A DNA stretch of 64,000 bases. It comes from Klebsiella phage vB_KpM_FBKp24. Where the stretch lies: the sequence record MW394391.1; one strand, 5' to 3'. Each line of letters begins with the position of its first letter. The stretch's first letter is position 1. The notes under the pieces were generated by a model. That model searched no databases, was not told where the DNA came from, and saw nothing but the letters and a program-made list of their open reading frames with translations. The translations under genes and the position numbers were made by a program. Shown piece after piece: positions 38,417 through 46,799 of this stretch.

Positions 38417-39406
38417 GTGAATACCGATGACATTGTTGAACGGACGTACGGAATTGTTGCTGAAAACAAAGTTTTAGGTCAAAATAATATTTTGGTATGG
38501 CCACACCAAAAGACACCGTGGATGCAGGGTGACGTACAAAGCCAAATGCAAAAGGTGACGGTGAAAACCGTTGACGGCAACGGAAAGAAGGTGGAAGGCA
38601 CGGCGGTGACGAGTACTGCTGTTGAGGCACGATGGCGCCCGACTGACAGCAACTGGAACACAGCGCCTGACGTTCAGCGTGGTGAGGTCGTTGAGCTTAT
38701 TCGTTACGCGGACATGAATACCTACTTCTGGCGCGAACGAGGAGACGGTTCTGTAGCCCGGCGATTAGAAACTAAACGTCTTTTAGTTTCTGCTAATCAA
38801 ACTGCCGGCGAACCTAACCCTGATACCCATTACATGATCGAAATCTCAGGTCATACCGGTGCTATCAATATCTCAACGTCCAAAGCTAACGGTGAAGTAA
38901 GTAGTTATCACATCACGTTGAATGGGAAAGGTGGCGCAATTAGCCTTGGTGATTCCGACGGGCAAGAAATATTTCTTGAGACGTCAACGAAAACCATTCG
39001 CGCCAGAAACTCCTCAGGTACATTAGTAGAAATAAATGATAAAGACTTAGGACTCTACTGCTTGGAGAATTTAGTAGCAGCAGGAAAAGAAAACATTATC
39101 ATGCAAGCTAAAAACGTTACGGTGCAGGCCGGTGAAACCCTCAGAATGGATGCGGGGAAAACTATGAGCTTGAGCGCGGGTGAGCGCCACGATACTACTG
39201 CGCCCATCATTGCGTTGAACGGTGCCATTCAACTTAACGGACCAATTTCGCAGGTATCCACTGACACCAACTATGACGCGACGTTACAAGGGACATTACG
39301 CGTAGTAACGGATGTTATTGGTGGTAATGTGAGTCTGGTTAATCACCCTCACAGCGGTGTGCAAAAAGGTAATGACAATACCGGTAAACCTGTTGTCACT
39401 GGGTAA
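38417..39406 (+). CDS. central tail spike / baseplate puncturing protein (gpV/gp138-like, 329 aa; GTG start)
   Basis: Beta-helical repeat segment (ISLGDSDGQEIFLETSTKTIRARNSSGTLVEIND...) and C-terminal VNHPHSGVQKGN with the HxH metal-binding apex motif of P2 gpV-type spikes. AAGGAG RBS before a GTG start. Confidence 0.6.
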   Translation: MNTDDIVERTYGIVAENKVLGQNNILVWPHQKTPWMQGDVQSQMQKVTVKTVDGNGKKVEGTAVTSTAVEARWRPTDSNWNTAPDVQRGEVVELIRYADMNTYFWRERGDGSVARRLETKRLLVSANQTAGEPNPDTHYMIEISGHTGAINISTSKANGEVSSYHITLNGKGGAISLGDSDGQEIFLETSTKTIRARNSSGTLVEINDKDLGLYCLENLVAAGKENIIMQAKNVTVQAGETLRMDAGKTMSLSAGERHDTTAPIIALNGAIQLNGPISQVSTDTNYDATLQGTLRVVTDVIGGNVSLVNHPHSGVQKGNDNTGKPVVTG

Positions 39407-39410
39407 CAAA

Positions 39411-39442
39411 ACAAACAGGGAGGCAAACGCCTCCCTGTTTGT
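39411..39442. terminator. bidirectional terminator ACAAACAGGGAGGC-aaac-GCCTCCCTGTTTGT
   Basis: 14-bp stem with T-rich flanks on both strands, between the spike gene and the fibre operon. Confidence 0.7.
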
Positions 39443-39449
39443 TTATTCT

Positions 39450-39980
39450 TTACTCGTAAATGACATCAACTAAAGTGATGGCCTTTAACCCTTTTCCGTC
39501 ACCGGAGTCGGAACCGCCACCGTAAGCCCAGACGGTGATTCGCTCCCCGGCCGCAAAATTGCACGCTAATACAGGAGAACGTTTTACACCGTTTCCTGAA
39601 GGTGCTTCCCACGGCCAGTCACTTGGCTGAGTTTGACCAACACCATATTTACCGCCAGAACCGTGCCAACCACCCTGATACCCCTGAAGTGTAACCTCAA
39701 TGACCACACCCACTACTCGCTTAACCGTGGGTAGATCCCAGTAAGTCATTAAGCGGGTGTTTCCCCAAAGGGTACCGCCAATTGACCCGCTACGACCACC
39801 AACGTGTTGGCTGTTCCAGTTAACTTGCGGTAGATCGATCTTGTCCCATAAGGGCCGCCACTGACCAGACAGACAGACCCAAGCGTTATCGATTCGACGC
39901 CAGCTACCGCCCATCTTAAGCCAAGGTAGATCAAGACTACGCCACCCACCGCCAATATCCACCGAAGGCATACTTCGCAT
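39450..39980 (-). CDS. Gly/Trp-rich small protein (176 aa), putative tail-fibre tip adhesin or assembly factor
   Basis: Last gene of the fibre operon. Glycine-rich motifs (GGGWRS, GGRSGSIGGTLWGN, GYQGGWHGSGGKYGVG, YGGGSDSGDGKG) are reminiscent of the gp38-adhesin GRMs. Confidence 0.45.
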   Translation of the reverse strand: MRSMPSVDIGGGWRSLDLPWLKMGGSWRRIDNAWVCLSGQWRPLWDKIDLPQVNWNSQHVGGRSGSIGGTLWGNTRLMTYWDLPTVKRVVGVVIEVTLQGYQGGWHGSGGKYGVGQTQPSDWPWEAPSGNGVKRSPVLACNFAAGERITVWAYGGGSDSGDGKGLKAITLVDVIYE

Positions 39981-39995
39981 GACTACATACCTCCC

Positions 39996-41351
39996 TTATA
40001 GATATTTCCACCAGATATGCCCGTCGCGATAACCGCTAGTGCTCCCAGGCGGGTTACTACCGGAGAAAGTTCGGTAGCCGTCTGTGTAACGTCGAATACT
40101 GTACGGCGTAGCAAAGACGCTCCCGGCGTTACCGTCATAGTTTTCCTGATCAGTAGCTTCTCGCCAGTTCGGGACACTACCTAATCCGACCTGCGCTTTC
40201 GTAACTTGGTGTGGGTTAGACTTATTATTCGCGTGCGAGGCAATATTCGGATCGGGCTGGTTCGTGGTATGTACGCGACCCATCGAGGTGTTGTCAACCT
40301 GCGCTAAAATTTGCGTGCCGTCCCACCCAATACGGATCGTGTTGGTTAACATATTGGTACCGCCACCACGAATTACCTGCGCATTATTCGTCACGTTCCC
40401 TAAACCGACTTGAGCAGCGGTGGTGTTATGCGGGTTAGAGGTGTTTTGCACGTGACTTGTGATCACCGGGGTAACATTGGTGCTCACGTATTTGTTAATT
40501 TGTTGCATTCCCCTTAATGGGGTCATGACAACGTTAAGGGCAGTTCCGTCTTCCGCTTCTGTCTGGGTTGCCGGGCGATAGTTTTCAACTGCCCCTAAAC
40601 CGACTTGCGCTTTCGTAACTTGGTGTGGGTTAGAAACGTCCTCGGTATGCGTTGTCAGATTATTCTGCACCGCATTAACACTATTGATCACGCCATCAAT
40701 ACGATTGTCTAAACGTTCGATCTCTGCGTACAAATCGGTATCGGTCTGACGCAGCGAATCTAGCGTTTCATCGAGGTATGCCTTGATACGATCGATGTAA
40801 TTGTAAAGGACATCGTGGGAAGAAACGTCGCCGGTATAAGCCGCCTGTACCAGTTCTTCTAACGCTAACACAACGTACTCAAGTCCGTAGAGGTCGGTTG
40901 CAGAGTGTAAGTGTTTCGACGGGTTAAACTCAACGGGCTTCCCTAGAATGGCGTCCCAGGTCACGGCGCGGTTGTCTTGTTGCAGATCCGAAATAAGCTG
41001 CACTAAAACATCACGGGCTGTGGTGTAGGGGCCACCGACGCATTGATACGTTAAATAAACATCGGTGACATTGGCGCTGAGTATCTGAACAATGGTGCAA
41101 ATAGGTTTACCAATTTCAAGTTCCGCTTCCTGATAAGGATAGAGGATTTTGTAATCGGTATTCAGCGTTAGCTCTGCGCCGGTCGCTTGATCAACCACTA
41201 CCATACTTTTAGTAAAGAAAGCGCCGGCATAGGGCGCAATCGCACGATAGACTTCACGGCCTACTGAACGAGCTTCGTTAACAATTTTATTACTGGTCGC
41301 TGTCCCTGTGCGGTCCAGGGGATATTTTAATGCCGCAGTACTGACTGTCAT
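39996..41351 (-). CDS. tail fibre protein (451 aa) with phage tail-fibre repeat modules
   Basis: At least four copies of a SNPHQVTKAQVGLG(N/S)V(P/E)NY(R)xATxxE module. Near-identical 35-nt DNA repeats occur at 40186-40220 and 40599-40633. Confidence 0.7.
   Translation of the reverse strand: MTVSTAALKYPLDRTGTATSNKIVNEARSVGREVYRAIAPYAGAFFTKSMVVVDQATGAELTLNTDYKILYPYQEAELEIGKPICTIVQILSANVTDVYLTYQCVGGPYTTARDVLVQLISDLQQDNRAVTWDAILGKPVEFNPSKHLHSATDLYGLEYVVLALEELVQAAYTGDVSSHDVLYNYIDRIKAYLDETLDSLRQTDTDLYAEIERLDNRIDGVINSVNAVQNNLTTHTEDVSNPHQVTKAQVGLGAVENYRPATQTEAEDGTALNVVMTPLRGMQQINKYVSTNVTPVITSHVQNTSNPHNTTAAQVGLGNVTNNAQVIRGGGTNMLTNTIRIGWDGTQILAQVDNTSMGRVHTTNQPDPNIASHANNKSNPHQVTKAQVGLGSVPNWREATDQENYDGNAGSVFATPYSIRRYTDGYRTFSGSNPPGSTSGYRDGHIWWKYL
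40186..40633. repeat. near-identical 35-nt direct repeats inside tail-fibre gene 39996..41351
   Basis: ccgac(c/t)tgcgctttcgtaacttggtgtgggttaga at 40186-40220 and 40599-40633 (34/35 identical), encoding the NPHQVTKAQVGLG module. Diverged copies occur at ~40400, 42430, 42610 and 42795. Confidence 0.6.
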
Positions 41352-41364
41352 TTTAGGACCTCAC

Positions 41365-43608
41365 TTATACTGCAGTCGGTGGATTGATAACGGCGAACCC
41401 TGAACTTGAGACAGGAACAAAACTCTCCCCACTACCCAAGTTACAGATCAGACGCCCAACTCTAAGTTCGGCTGGCAGACCACTTAAATCTACCACGGTG
41501 TCTACCGCCCAAGCCGACGCACTGTACTTGTAGCTTTGATGACTTATGACGTCAACAATACTGTATGTCAACCCACCGAAACTCGTTGGTGTAAACACCA
41601 ACGCATCCTTACCATTGACAATGAAGCCTGCCATACTCGCGAAGGTCGTTGGGGTAAAGGTCACGCTACTCACGTTGACCGTGACGGTCGTTGATGCAAC
41701 GGTCACTGACATTGTGGTCCCGGAAAGGGTGCAAGTAACCTGAACAGAGGCCCCTGTTAGAGCGGCCAAAGCAACGTCGCTACCCGTTGTCCAGACACCC
41801 GCAATATAAGTACCTAAATACACGGCACCGTTCTTAAAAAAGATCCCCGCGTAATTTTCATTACCGTTGCTGTCTTGGTAATAACCGAAGATAAAGCCCG
41901 GGATAGATGTACCGGTGGCTACGTCGACATAAGCGCGTTGCGAGTAGCTTGCTGGAGCTGGCGTGATTAACGCACTTACTTGACTGGCGCTATGCAGTGG
42001 GGAGGTCACGGTACGGAGGGTTGAGCTCCATTCTTTATTAACACCCGTCGAGGACCTGGTACTACTGGCCACCAACCCGCCTGCTGGAAAACCGGAAATC
42101 AGTTTGGCGATATATGAGGGTTGGCAGGAGTAGTTGCGAACCAACACATTGCTCGTCAGCGCAGTAGTGACCCCCGCCGGGTCGACATAAGTCTGAGTTG
42201 CTGTTCCGGCCTGGTTTTCTGCGGTCGTTGCAAATCCTGCATTAACTACATTCCCAAGACCCACATCCACTGCGGTTAGGTTGGTACCTTGTTCAATTGC
42301 CTGATCGACGTACATTTTCGCCGAATTGGTCCACCAGTAGGCGATGCCTGCCGGAGTAGTGAACAGATTCGTTGCGGTACCCAGCAAGGTTTGATCGTTG
42401 GTGGCGGTACCGTAGTTACTCACGTTTCCAAGACCGACTTGCGTAGCAGTGACCTGGTGCGGGTTGTTGTAATCCAGTAAGTGCGCAGCTAAAGGTTGGT
42501 CTGTCGAGTTCGTCAACATCAAGTTGGCTAAGTACGGCGTTAAGAGCGTCGTTTTACTGACGCCTGCCAGGGCCTCTTCTTCTGTCGCCGTTGCATAGTT
42601 AGGGACATTCCCTAAACCGACCTGCGTCTTTGTGACACCGTGAGGGTTATTGGTATTAGCGGTATGGAATTCCATAATACCCGGCACTAACGCGTTGGCT
42701 AAAATACGCCCGCCAGACGGAGTCAGTAAGAGGTTATCTGCCACCCCTGCCGAAGATTCAAGTGAGTTTGCTGTGCGGTAGTTAGGAACTAAATCTAACC
42801 CGACTTGCGCTTTAGTAACGCCGTGAGGGTTAGACTGGTCGTCTTCGTGTTCTTGCAGCATCGGCTGGAAAATAGCCTGGAACTGCTGCGAGGTACGAAG
42901 AGACGTCATGTAATAGGTATTGTCTGTCCCGCCTTCTGCTTGTTCTTTCGAAGCCGGTACTAAGTTACCGAGATCATCGATCCCTAAATCGGCCAGCGTA
43001 ATATGGTGCGGGTTGTTGTGGTCGGCAATGTGCTCCAGCAGGGATTGCATTGCTTTATTGAATCCGGCAGTTTGCGAATCGGACAGCGAATAGATGGCCG
43101 AGATAACTTCGCTGAAACCTGTCATGTCATCTGCGTCATGACGATGCGCGATCGGCGGGAATTCGGTCGGTAAATTGACTACAGCACCCCACTGCAATGA
43201 ACGAGGATCTTGAGCCTTATTTGCCATTAACTGGAGAATACTGTTCTCATCCAGACAGAATTCACCGCCTAATGTGTGGTAGTCAATTTCAATATTTGCG
43301 CTGAGTGATTTGTCATTAAAGACAATAGCGCCATAAACAGGTAATTGACTCCCGCTGACAATAATTTGGTCAAAACGAAAACCGAAGAAATAATCCACAT
43401 CGGGTCGTAAAGTTACCCCAGTGGTCGTGTTGCGGCAGACAAAACCGCGGCGAAAGAACGGGGCGTAACGCGGGACAATAAAGTTAAAGTCCGTTCCGTT
43501 AGCCGCCGTTATCGTATGAGCCTCACTTGAGATCTGATTACTGCTATTCTCTTGGTAAGGATCGAAGTCATATGGGAATACAATTTCGTCGCTCATGATT
43601 ATCCTCAA
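41365..43608 (-). CDS. tail fibre protein (747 aa) with the same repeat modules
   Basis: At least five NPHxVT(K/A)xQVGLGNV(P/S)NY modules (NPHHITLADLGIDDLGNL, SNPHGVTKAQVGLDLVPNYRTA, NNPHGVTKTQVGLGNVPNYATA, NNPHQVTATQVGLGNVSNYGTA and others). The C-terminal ~250 aa are beta-rich. Confidence 0.7.
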   Translation of the reverse strand: MRIIMSDEIVFPYDFDPYQENSSNQISSEAHTITAANGTDFNFIVPRYAPFFRRGFVCRNTTTGVTLRPDVDYFFGFRFDQIIVSGSQLPVYGAIVFNDKSLSANIEIDYHTLGGEFCLDENSILQLMANKAQDPRSLQWGAVVNLPTEFPPIAHRHDADDMTGFSEVISAIYSLSDSQTAGFNKAMQSLLEHIADHNNPHHITLADLGIDDLGNLVPASKEQAEGGTDNTYYMTSLRTSQQFQAIFQPMLQEHEDDQSNPHGVTKAQVGLDLVPNYRTANSLESSAGVADNLLLTPSGGRILANALVPGIMEFHTANTNNPHGVTKTQVGLGNVPNYATATEEEALAGVSKTTLLTPYLANLMLTNSTDQPLAAHLLDYNNPHQVTATQVGLGNVSNYGTATNDQTLLGTATNLFTTPAGIAYWWTNSAKMYVDQAIEQGTNLTAVDVGLGNVVNAGFATTAENQAGTATQTYVDPAGVTTALTSNVLVRNYSCQPSYIAKLISGFPAGGLVASSTRSSTGVNKEWSSTLRTVTSPLHSASQVSALITPAPASYSQRAYVDVATGTSIPGFIFGYYQDSNGNENYAGIFFKNGAVYLGTYIAGVWTTGSDVALAALTGASVQVTCTLSGTTMSVTVASTTVTVNVSSVTFTPTTFASMAGFIVNGKDALVFTPTSFGGLTYSIVDVISHQSYKYSASAWAVDTVVDLSGLPAELRVGRLICNLGSGESFVPVSSSGFAVINPPTAV

Positions 43609-43661
43609 TGTACCATCGGCCGATGGATCAACATACCAATACTCATCAAAAAGGACCAGAC

Positions 43662-44906
43662 ATGTATCAGCTTATACAGGCACAGACGCGTACAAAAGGA
43701 AGTTTTAATGATTGGGTAAGAACCGACATTGGCGAACAACGGCTTTTATCTATTTTTACTCTGTACAGCAATGTTCTCGTTTACCTTTACGACGTGACCA
43801 ATGAGAAGAATGGGTGGTTAGATCTTTATTCTCTTCCGGTGTCCGTACGCGACTCCGTAGCCACACTCAACCAGTATCTTTCTCTGGCCAGTGGTCTGAC
43901 CCTCGTTGAGGATGACCCGCGCGGTGAACGCGGTGAACGCTACGTACGTTTCCTCAACGCGATGGCCTATAAGTTCACCTTCCGAGGGACCAATGCCAAC
44001 TTCAGTACCGATGAAACATTACTTCCCGACCAACGCGTAGACCTTCTCTTACAACGAGATGGAATCACCGATTACACCACAATCGTCAATAAGACATTAT
44101 GGACAGTGAACGGGTTATGTTTTCGGGCATGGCCTATCGATGGCCTCGGTATCACTCTGAACCACGCTGGGAAGTTTGCGTCTAAATTTAATGATCTTCG
44201 CGTCGGGATTTTGGATTTCAGTACAATCGGCGCAGTGAGCACTTACCCTATTACGGAAAGTATGATTCAGGGCGGGGGGACACAACTCCCGTTATCGCGA
44301 GGGTTCTTTTTGCGGTCCCCCGAAGCACTGACCGGAAAGTCAGTAGGATTAGTCATTGCGGGTAAGTTGTATTTATTGGACAAAGAGGTATCTATCACTG
44401 GAGAAACTCGCATCCAGGTCCATATGCAAAACATCAACCTGATTAATCATTTCTTTGAAACGCACAATTATCTGGACTATTCGGATATTCCATTATCCGA
44501 AGACATTAATGAACCAGAACAGGTCGTCGCCAATCAGTTTTTAACGGACGCGGTTATCAAGGCGTTTCTGACCTCCGTTTACTCGTACCTGATTATTATT
44601 GACAGCGCGAATCTCGAAAAAGAACACCTGTCGTTAAAACGGACAAAAATTGACGGGACGTACCTTTCTCCGGGTTCAGTACTCCCTGACCTCCCTGTAC
44701 AAATAGGGAACGGTTATTTAGCTGAATACACGCTTTGGGAGCAGGACGGCTTCTATGCGCTACGATTACCCCATTCCACCATCAACAACTGGTTTTACGA
44801 AACCATTCCCATGAACGAACGACAGTTAGTCCAAAATCAACGCTACGGCTATCACCCGGTTACTCCGTCTGAGGCTCGGTTTCTACTCATTAAAAAGGTT
44901 GCTTAA
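43662..44906 (+). CDS. hypothetical protein (414 aa)
   Basis: The track ORF starts at 43608, where it would overlap the divergent fibre gene. The ATG at 43662 has an AAAAGGA RBS and is the likely start. It lies directly upstream of the spanin pair. Confidence 0.5.
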   Translation: MYQLIQAQTRTKGSFNDWVRTDIGEQRLLSIFTLYSNVLVYLYDVTNEKNGWLDLYSLPVSVRDSVATLNQYLSLASGLTLVEDDPRGERGERYVRFLNAMAYKFTFRGTNANFSTDETLLPDQRVDLLLQRDGITDYTTIVNKTLWTVNGLCFRAWPIDGLGITLNHAGKFASKFNDLRVGILDFSTIGAVSTYPITESMIQGGGTQLPLSRGFFLRSPEALTGKSVGLVIAGKLYLLDKEVSITGETRIQVHMQNINLINHFFETHNYLDYSDIPLSEDINEPEQVVANQFLTDAVIKAFLTSVYSYLIIIDSANLEKEHLSLKRTKIDGTYLSPGSVLPDLPVQIGNGYLAEYTLWEQDGFYALRLPHSTINNWFYETIPMNERQLVQNQRYGYHPVTPSEARFLLIKKVA

Positions 44907-44908
44907 CC

Positions 44909-45508
44909 ATGTGGACAACGCTTGCCGGTAATAGGTACTTTCGCTGCTTAATCGTGATCCTTTTGATTATGTTACTCGTCTTCGGTATCTATCAGGCCGG
45001 GAAGTACGTACAAAAGAAAATTAACGATACCGTTGCACAAGTCACCAACCAGATTACAAAGAATGTTCAAGAGAGCCTTCAAAAATCTCTCAATGAACAA
45101 ATGGGCGGTTTGCAGAATCAAATCGACAACAATTTCAGTTCTATAAACGGTAAATTCGATGAACAGCAACAAAGTATTAATGACACTAAGCTTAAGCTTA
45201 ATAATATTGGCGATGTCTGGTTGCGCGTCGAAAGAGTACGTACCGACGCAGAACACGTCAGTAACGCTAAAGGTACCGGAAGTAAAAGTACCGGAAGTTC
45301 GGGAGGAAGTGATGGAACCTATTACGCCAAACTTCCAGATTCGAATGTGCAATTTCTTAAAGGGGAAGCCTTTAGAGCAGATCAATGCGCCGTGCGACTC
45401 GGGGCAGCCCAACAAGTAATTGTGCAGTACAAAGGAGCGTTCGAGAAGTATCAAAGTCTGGTCGCCACTTATTTGGCGGCAGCACAAATCGGCGAACAAA
45501 CGAAATAG
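44909..45508 (+). CDS. i-spanin-like protein (Rz-like; N-terminal transmembrane helix plus periplasmic coiled coil, 199 aa)
   Basis: Transmembrane segment YFRCLIVILLIMLLVFGIY, then a Q/N-rich coiled coil, a Gly/Ser linker (GTGSKSTGSSGGSDG) and a C-terminal domain with one Cys. The linker region contains an embedded +1-frame lipoprotein gene. Confidence 0.55.
   Translation: MWTTLAGNRYFRCLIVILLIMLLVFGIYQAGKYVQKKINDTVAQVTNQITKNVQESLQKSLNEQMGGLQNQIDNNFSSINGKFDEQQQSINDTKLKLNNIGDVWLRVERVRTDAEHVSNAKGTGSKSTGSSGGSDGTYYAKLPDSNVQFLKGEAFRADQCAVRLGAAQQVIVQYKGAFEKYQSLVATYLAAAQIGEQTK
45159..45419 (+). CDS. o-spanin-like outer-membrane lipoprotein (Rz1-like, 86 aa), embedded in the +1 frame of the i-spanin gene
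   Basis: MNSNKVLMTLSLSLIILAMSGC|ASKE has a positive n-region, a hydrophobic core and a lipobox (AMSG-C, encoded at 45210-45233). The mature part is Pro-rich (VPEVKVPEVREEVMEPITP) with two further Cys. It lies wholly within 44909-45508, in frame +1. Confidence 0.5.
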   Translation: MNSNKVLMTLSLSLIILAMSGCASKEYVPTQNTSVTLKVPEVKVPEVREEVMEPITPNFQIRMCNFLKGKPLEQINAPCDSGQPNK

Positions 45509-45514
45509 CAAACA

Positions 45515-45544
45515 CAGACAGAGAGGCGTTTGCCTCTCTGTCTG
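45515..45544. terminator. bidirectional terminator CAGACAGAGAGGC-gttt-GCCTCTCTGTCTG
   Basis: 13-bp stem followed by CTTTGTTTTC, between the spanin genes and the convergent membrane-protein gene. Confidence 0.7.
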
Positions 45545-45552
45545 CTTTGTTT

Positions 45553-46170
45553 TCATCGACGGTTTCGCAATGCGTTGACTACATCAGCGATTACACTACT
45601 GTTAATTTTGTCACCGACCACCGCAGACAGGATATCGCGGCGTTCCCGGTTGATGATCCCCATGTAATACCAGGTTACCATCATGGTGGGAAGGATAATA
45701 ATCCCCGCAAGAGTGGCGGAAGGGAGTTCCTTTTTGTCGATACAGACTACCGCTACAACAGATGTGAATACCAGGATAGTAAACGCCAACACCATGGCAA
45801 ACATGGCGCCTATCAGTCGACGTGAACGTATCTCGTATTTATCCGGTTTTGCAATTTCATTAATGACTTCGGGATGAATAACCGGGGTAGGTTGCGGAGG
45901 CGTATCGACCTCTGGTTCGGCAACATCTGGTTCAGGGTGCTCTATTTCCGAAGCATCAACCGGGGCGATTTCCAATTGCAGCCAAATTGCTTTGTTATTG
46001 TCATCCGGGTGCGCAGCGATATAATCGCGTAGATCCTTTACCGTTGAGCCGGCAGGGGGAATAGCCGGTGCAAAGAGGTGTGCCCGCATTGACAACGAAT
46101 TACCTTCACCGTCAACATAATCACTTAACTGAGTTTCATCCGGTAGTACAAGAAGTTCGCTTAATAACAT
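45553..46170 (-). CDS. membrane protein (205 aa): acidic N-terminal domain and two C-terminal transmembrane helices
   Basis: Transmembrane segments GAMFAMVLAFTILVFTSVVAVVCI and LAGIIILPTMMVTWYYMGII. Last gene of the ruvC-tmk operon. Confidence 0.5.
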   Translation of the reverse strand: MLLSELLVLPDETQLSDYVDGEGNSLSMRAHLFAPAIPPAGSTVKDLRDYIAAHPDDNNKAIWLQLEIAPVDASEIEHPEPDVAEPEVDTPPQPTPVIHPEVINEIAKPDKYEIRSRRLIGAMFAMVLAFTILVFTSVVAVVCIDKKELPSATLAGIIILPTMMVTWYYMGIINRERRDILSAVVGDKINSSVIADVVNALRNRR

Positions 46171-46787
46171 CAGTACACCTCGTCGTAACTCGCCATCAAT
46201 TGAAGGAAGACCTCGTTTAAAGGGGCTTTTGCATTAATCGTAAATACACGAGCATTTGCTTCTGGGGCGATTTGACTAATGGCCGACAAGTAACGTCTAC
46301 GATAAAAATCAAATTGGTCGATCAGTTCTTCTTCGATAGTGTCTTTCTTTCGATTACCAAGACGCTTGACGTGAGTGTCGTAATCAATGTCGAGATAAAA
46401 GATTGTTGGTTTATGGTCAAAGATCCCGAGACCTTCGTGGAGATTAAACAACCAATCCCAATCTTCGTCGGGGCTGTATGCGAAAGTAGAAAGCCACGAA
46501 CGATCAAGAATAACTGTGTGTCCACCTTCTAATGCGAAATTGACTTTGGCGTCAAACAATTCTTTCCGGGCCGCCACAAAGAGCAATGCTCGAGCAGCGG
46601 GTGAGGCGGGTCGTTTATTGGATGTGACAATTTCACGAATGGCCTCTGCGGGTACTGTGCTACCCGGTTCACGGAAAACAACAACAGATTCTCCACGTTC
46701 TTTTAATGCTTGTTGTAATAAAGCCACTGCTTCTGTTTTGCCGGCGCCATCTAAACCTTCTACAATCAGTAATTTTGTTCTCGACAT
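46170..46787 (-). CDS. tmk: thymidylate (dTMP) kinase
   Basis: LIVEGLDGAGKTE P-loop (compare E. coli IVIEGLEGAGKTT), FREPGST (FTREPGGT), LLFVAARKE (LMFYAAR) and LDRSWLSTFAYS (GDRHDLSTQAYQ). Confidence 0.85.
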   Translation of the reverse strand: MSRTKLLIVEGLDGAGKTEAVALLQQALKERGESVVVFREPGSTVPAEAIREIVTSNKRPASPAARALLFVAARKELFDAKVNFALEGGHTVILDRSWLSTFAYSPDEDWDWLFNLHEGLGIFDHKPTIFYLDIDYDTHVKRLGNRKKDTIEEELIDQFDFYRRRYLSAISQIAPEANARVFTINAKAPLNEVFLQLMASYDEVY

Positions 46788-46799
46788 GTTTAATCTCTT

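Noticed and set aside
44972-45556. 194-aa minus-strand ORF antisense to the spanin genes.
   Set aside because: It has no RBS. It overlaps two sense genes with good signals, and a terminator at 45515-45544 serves the sense genes.
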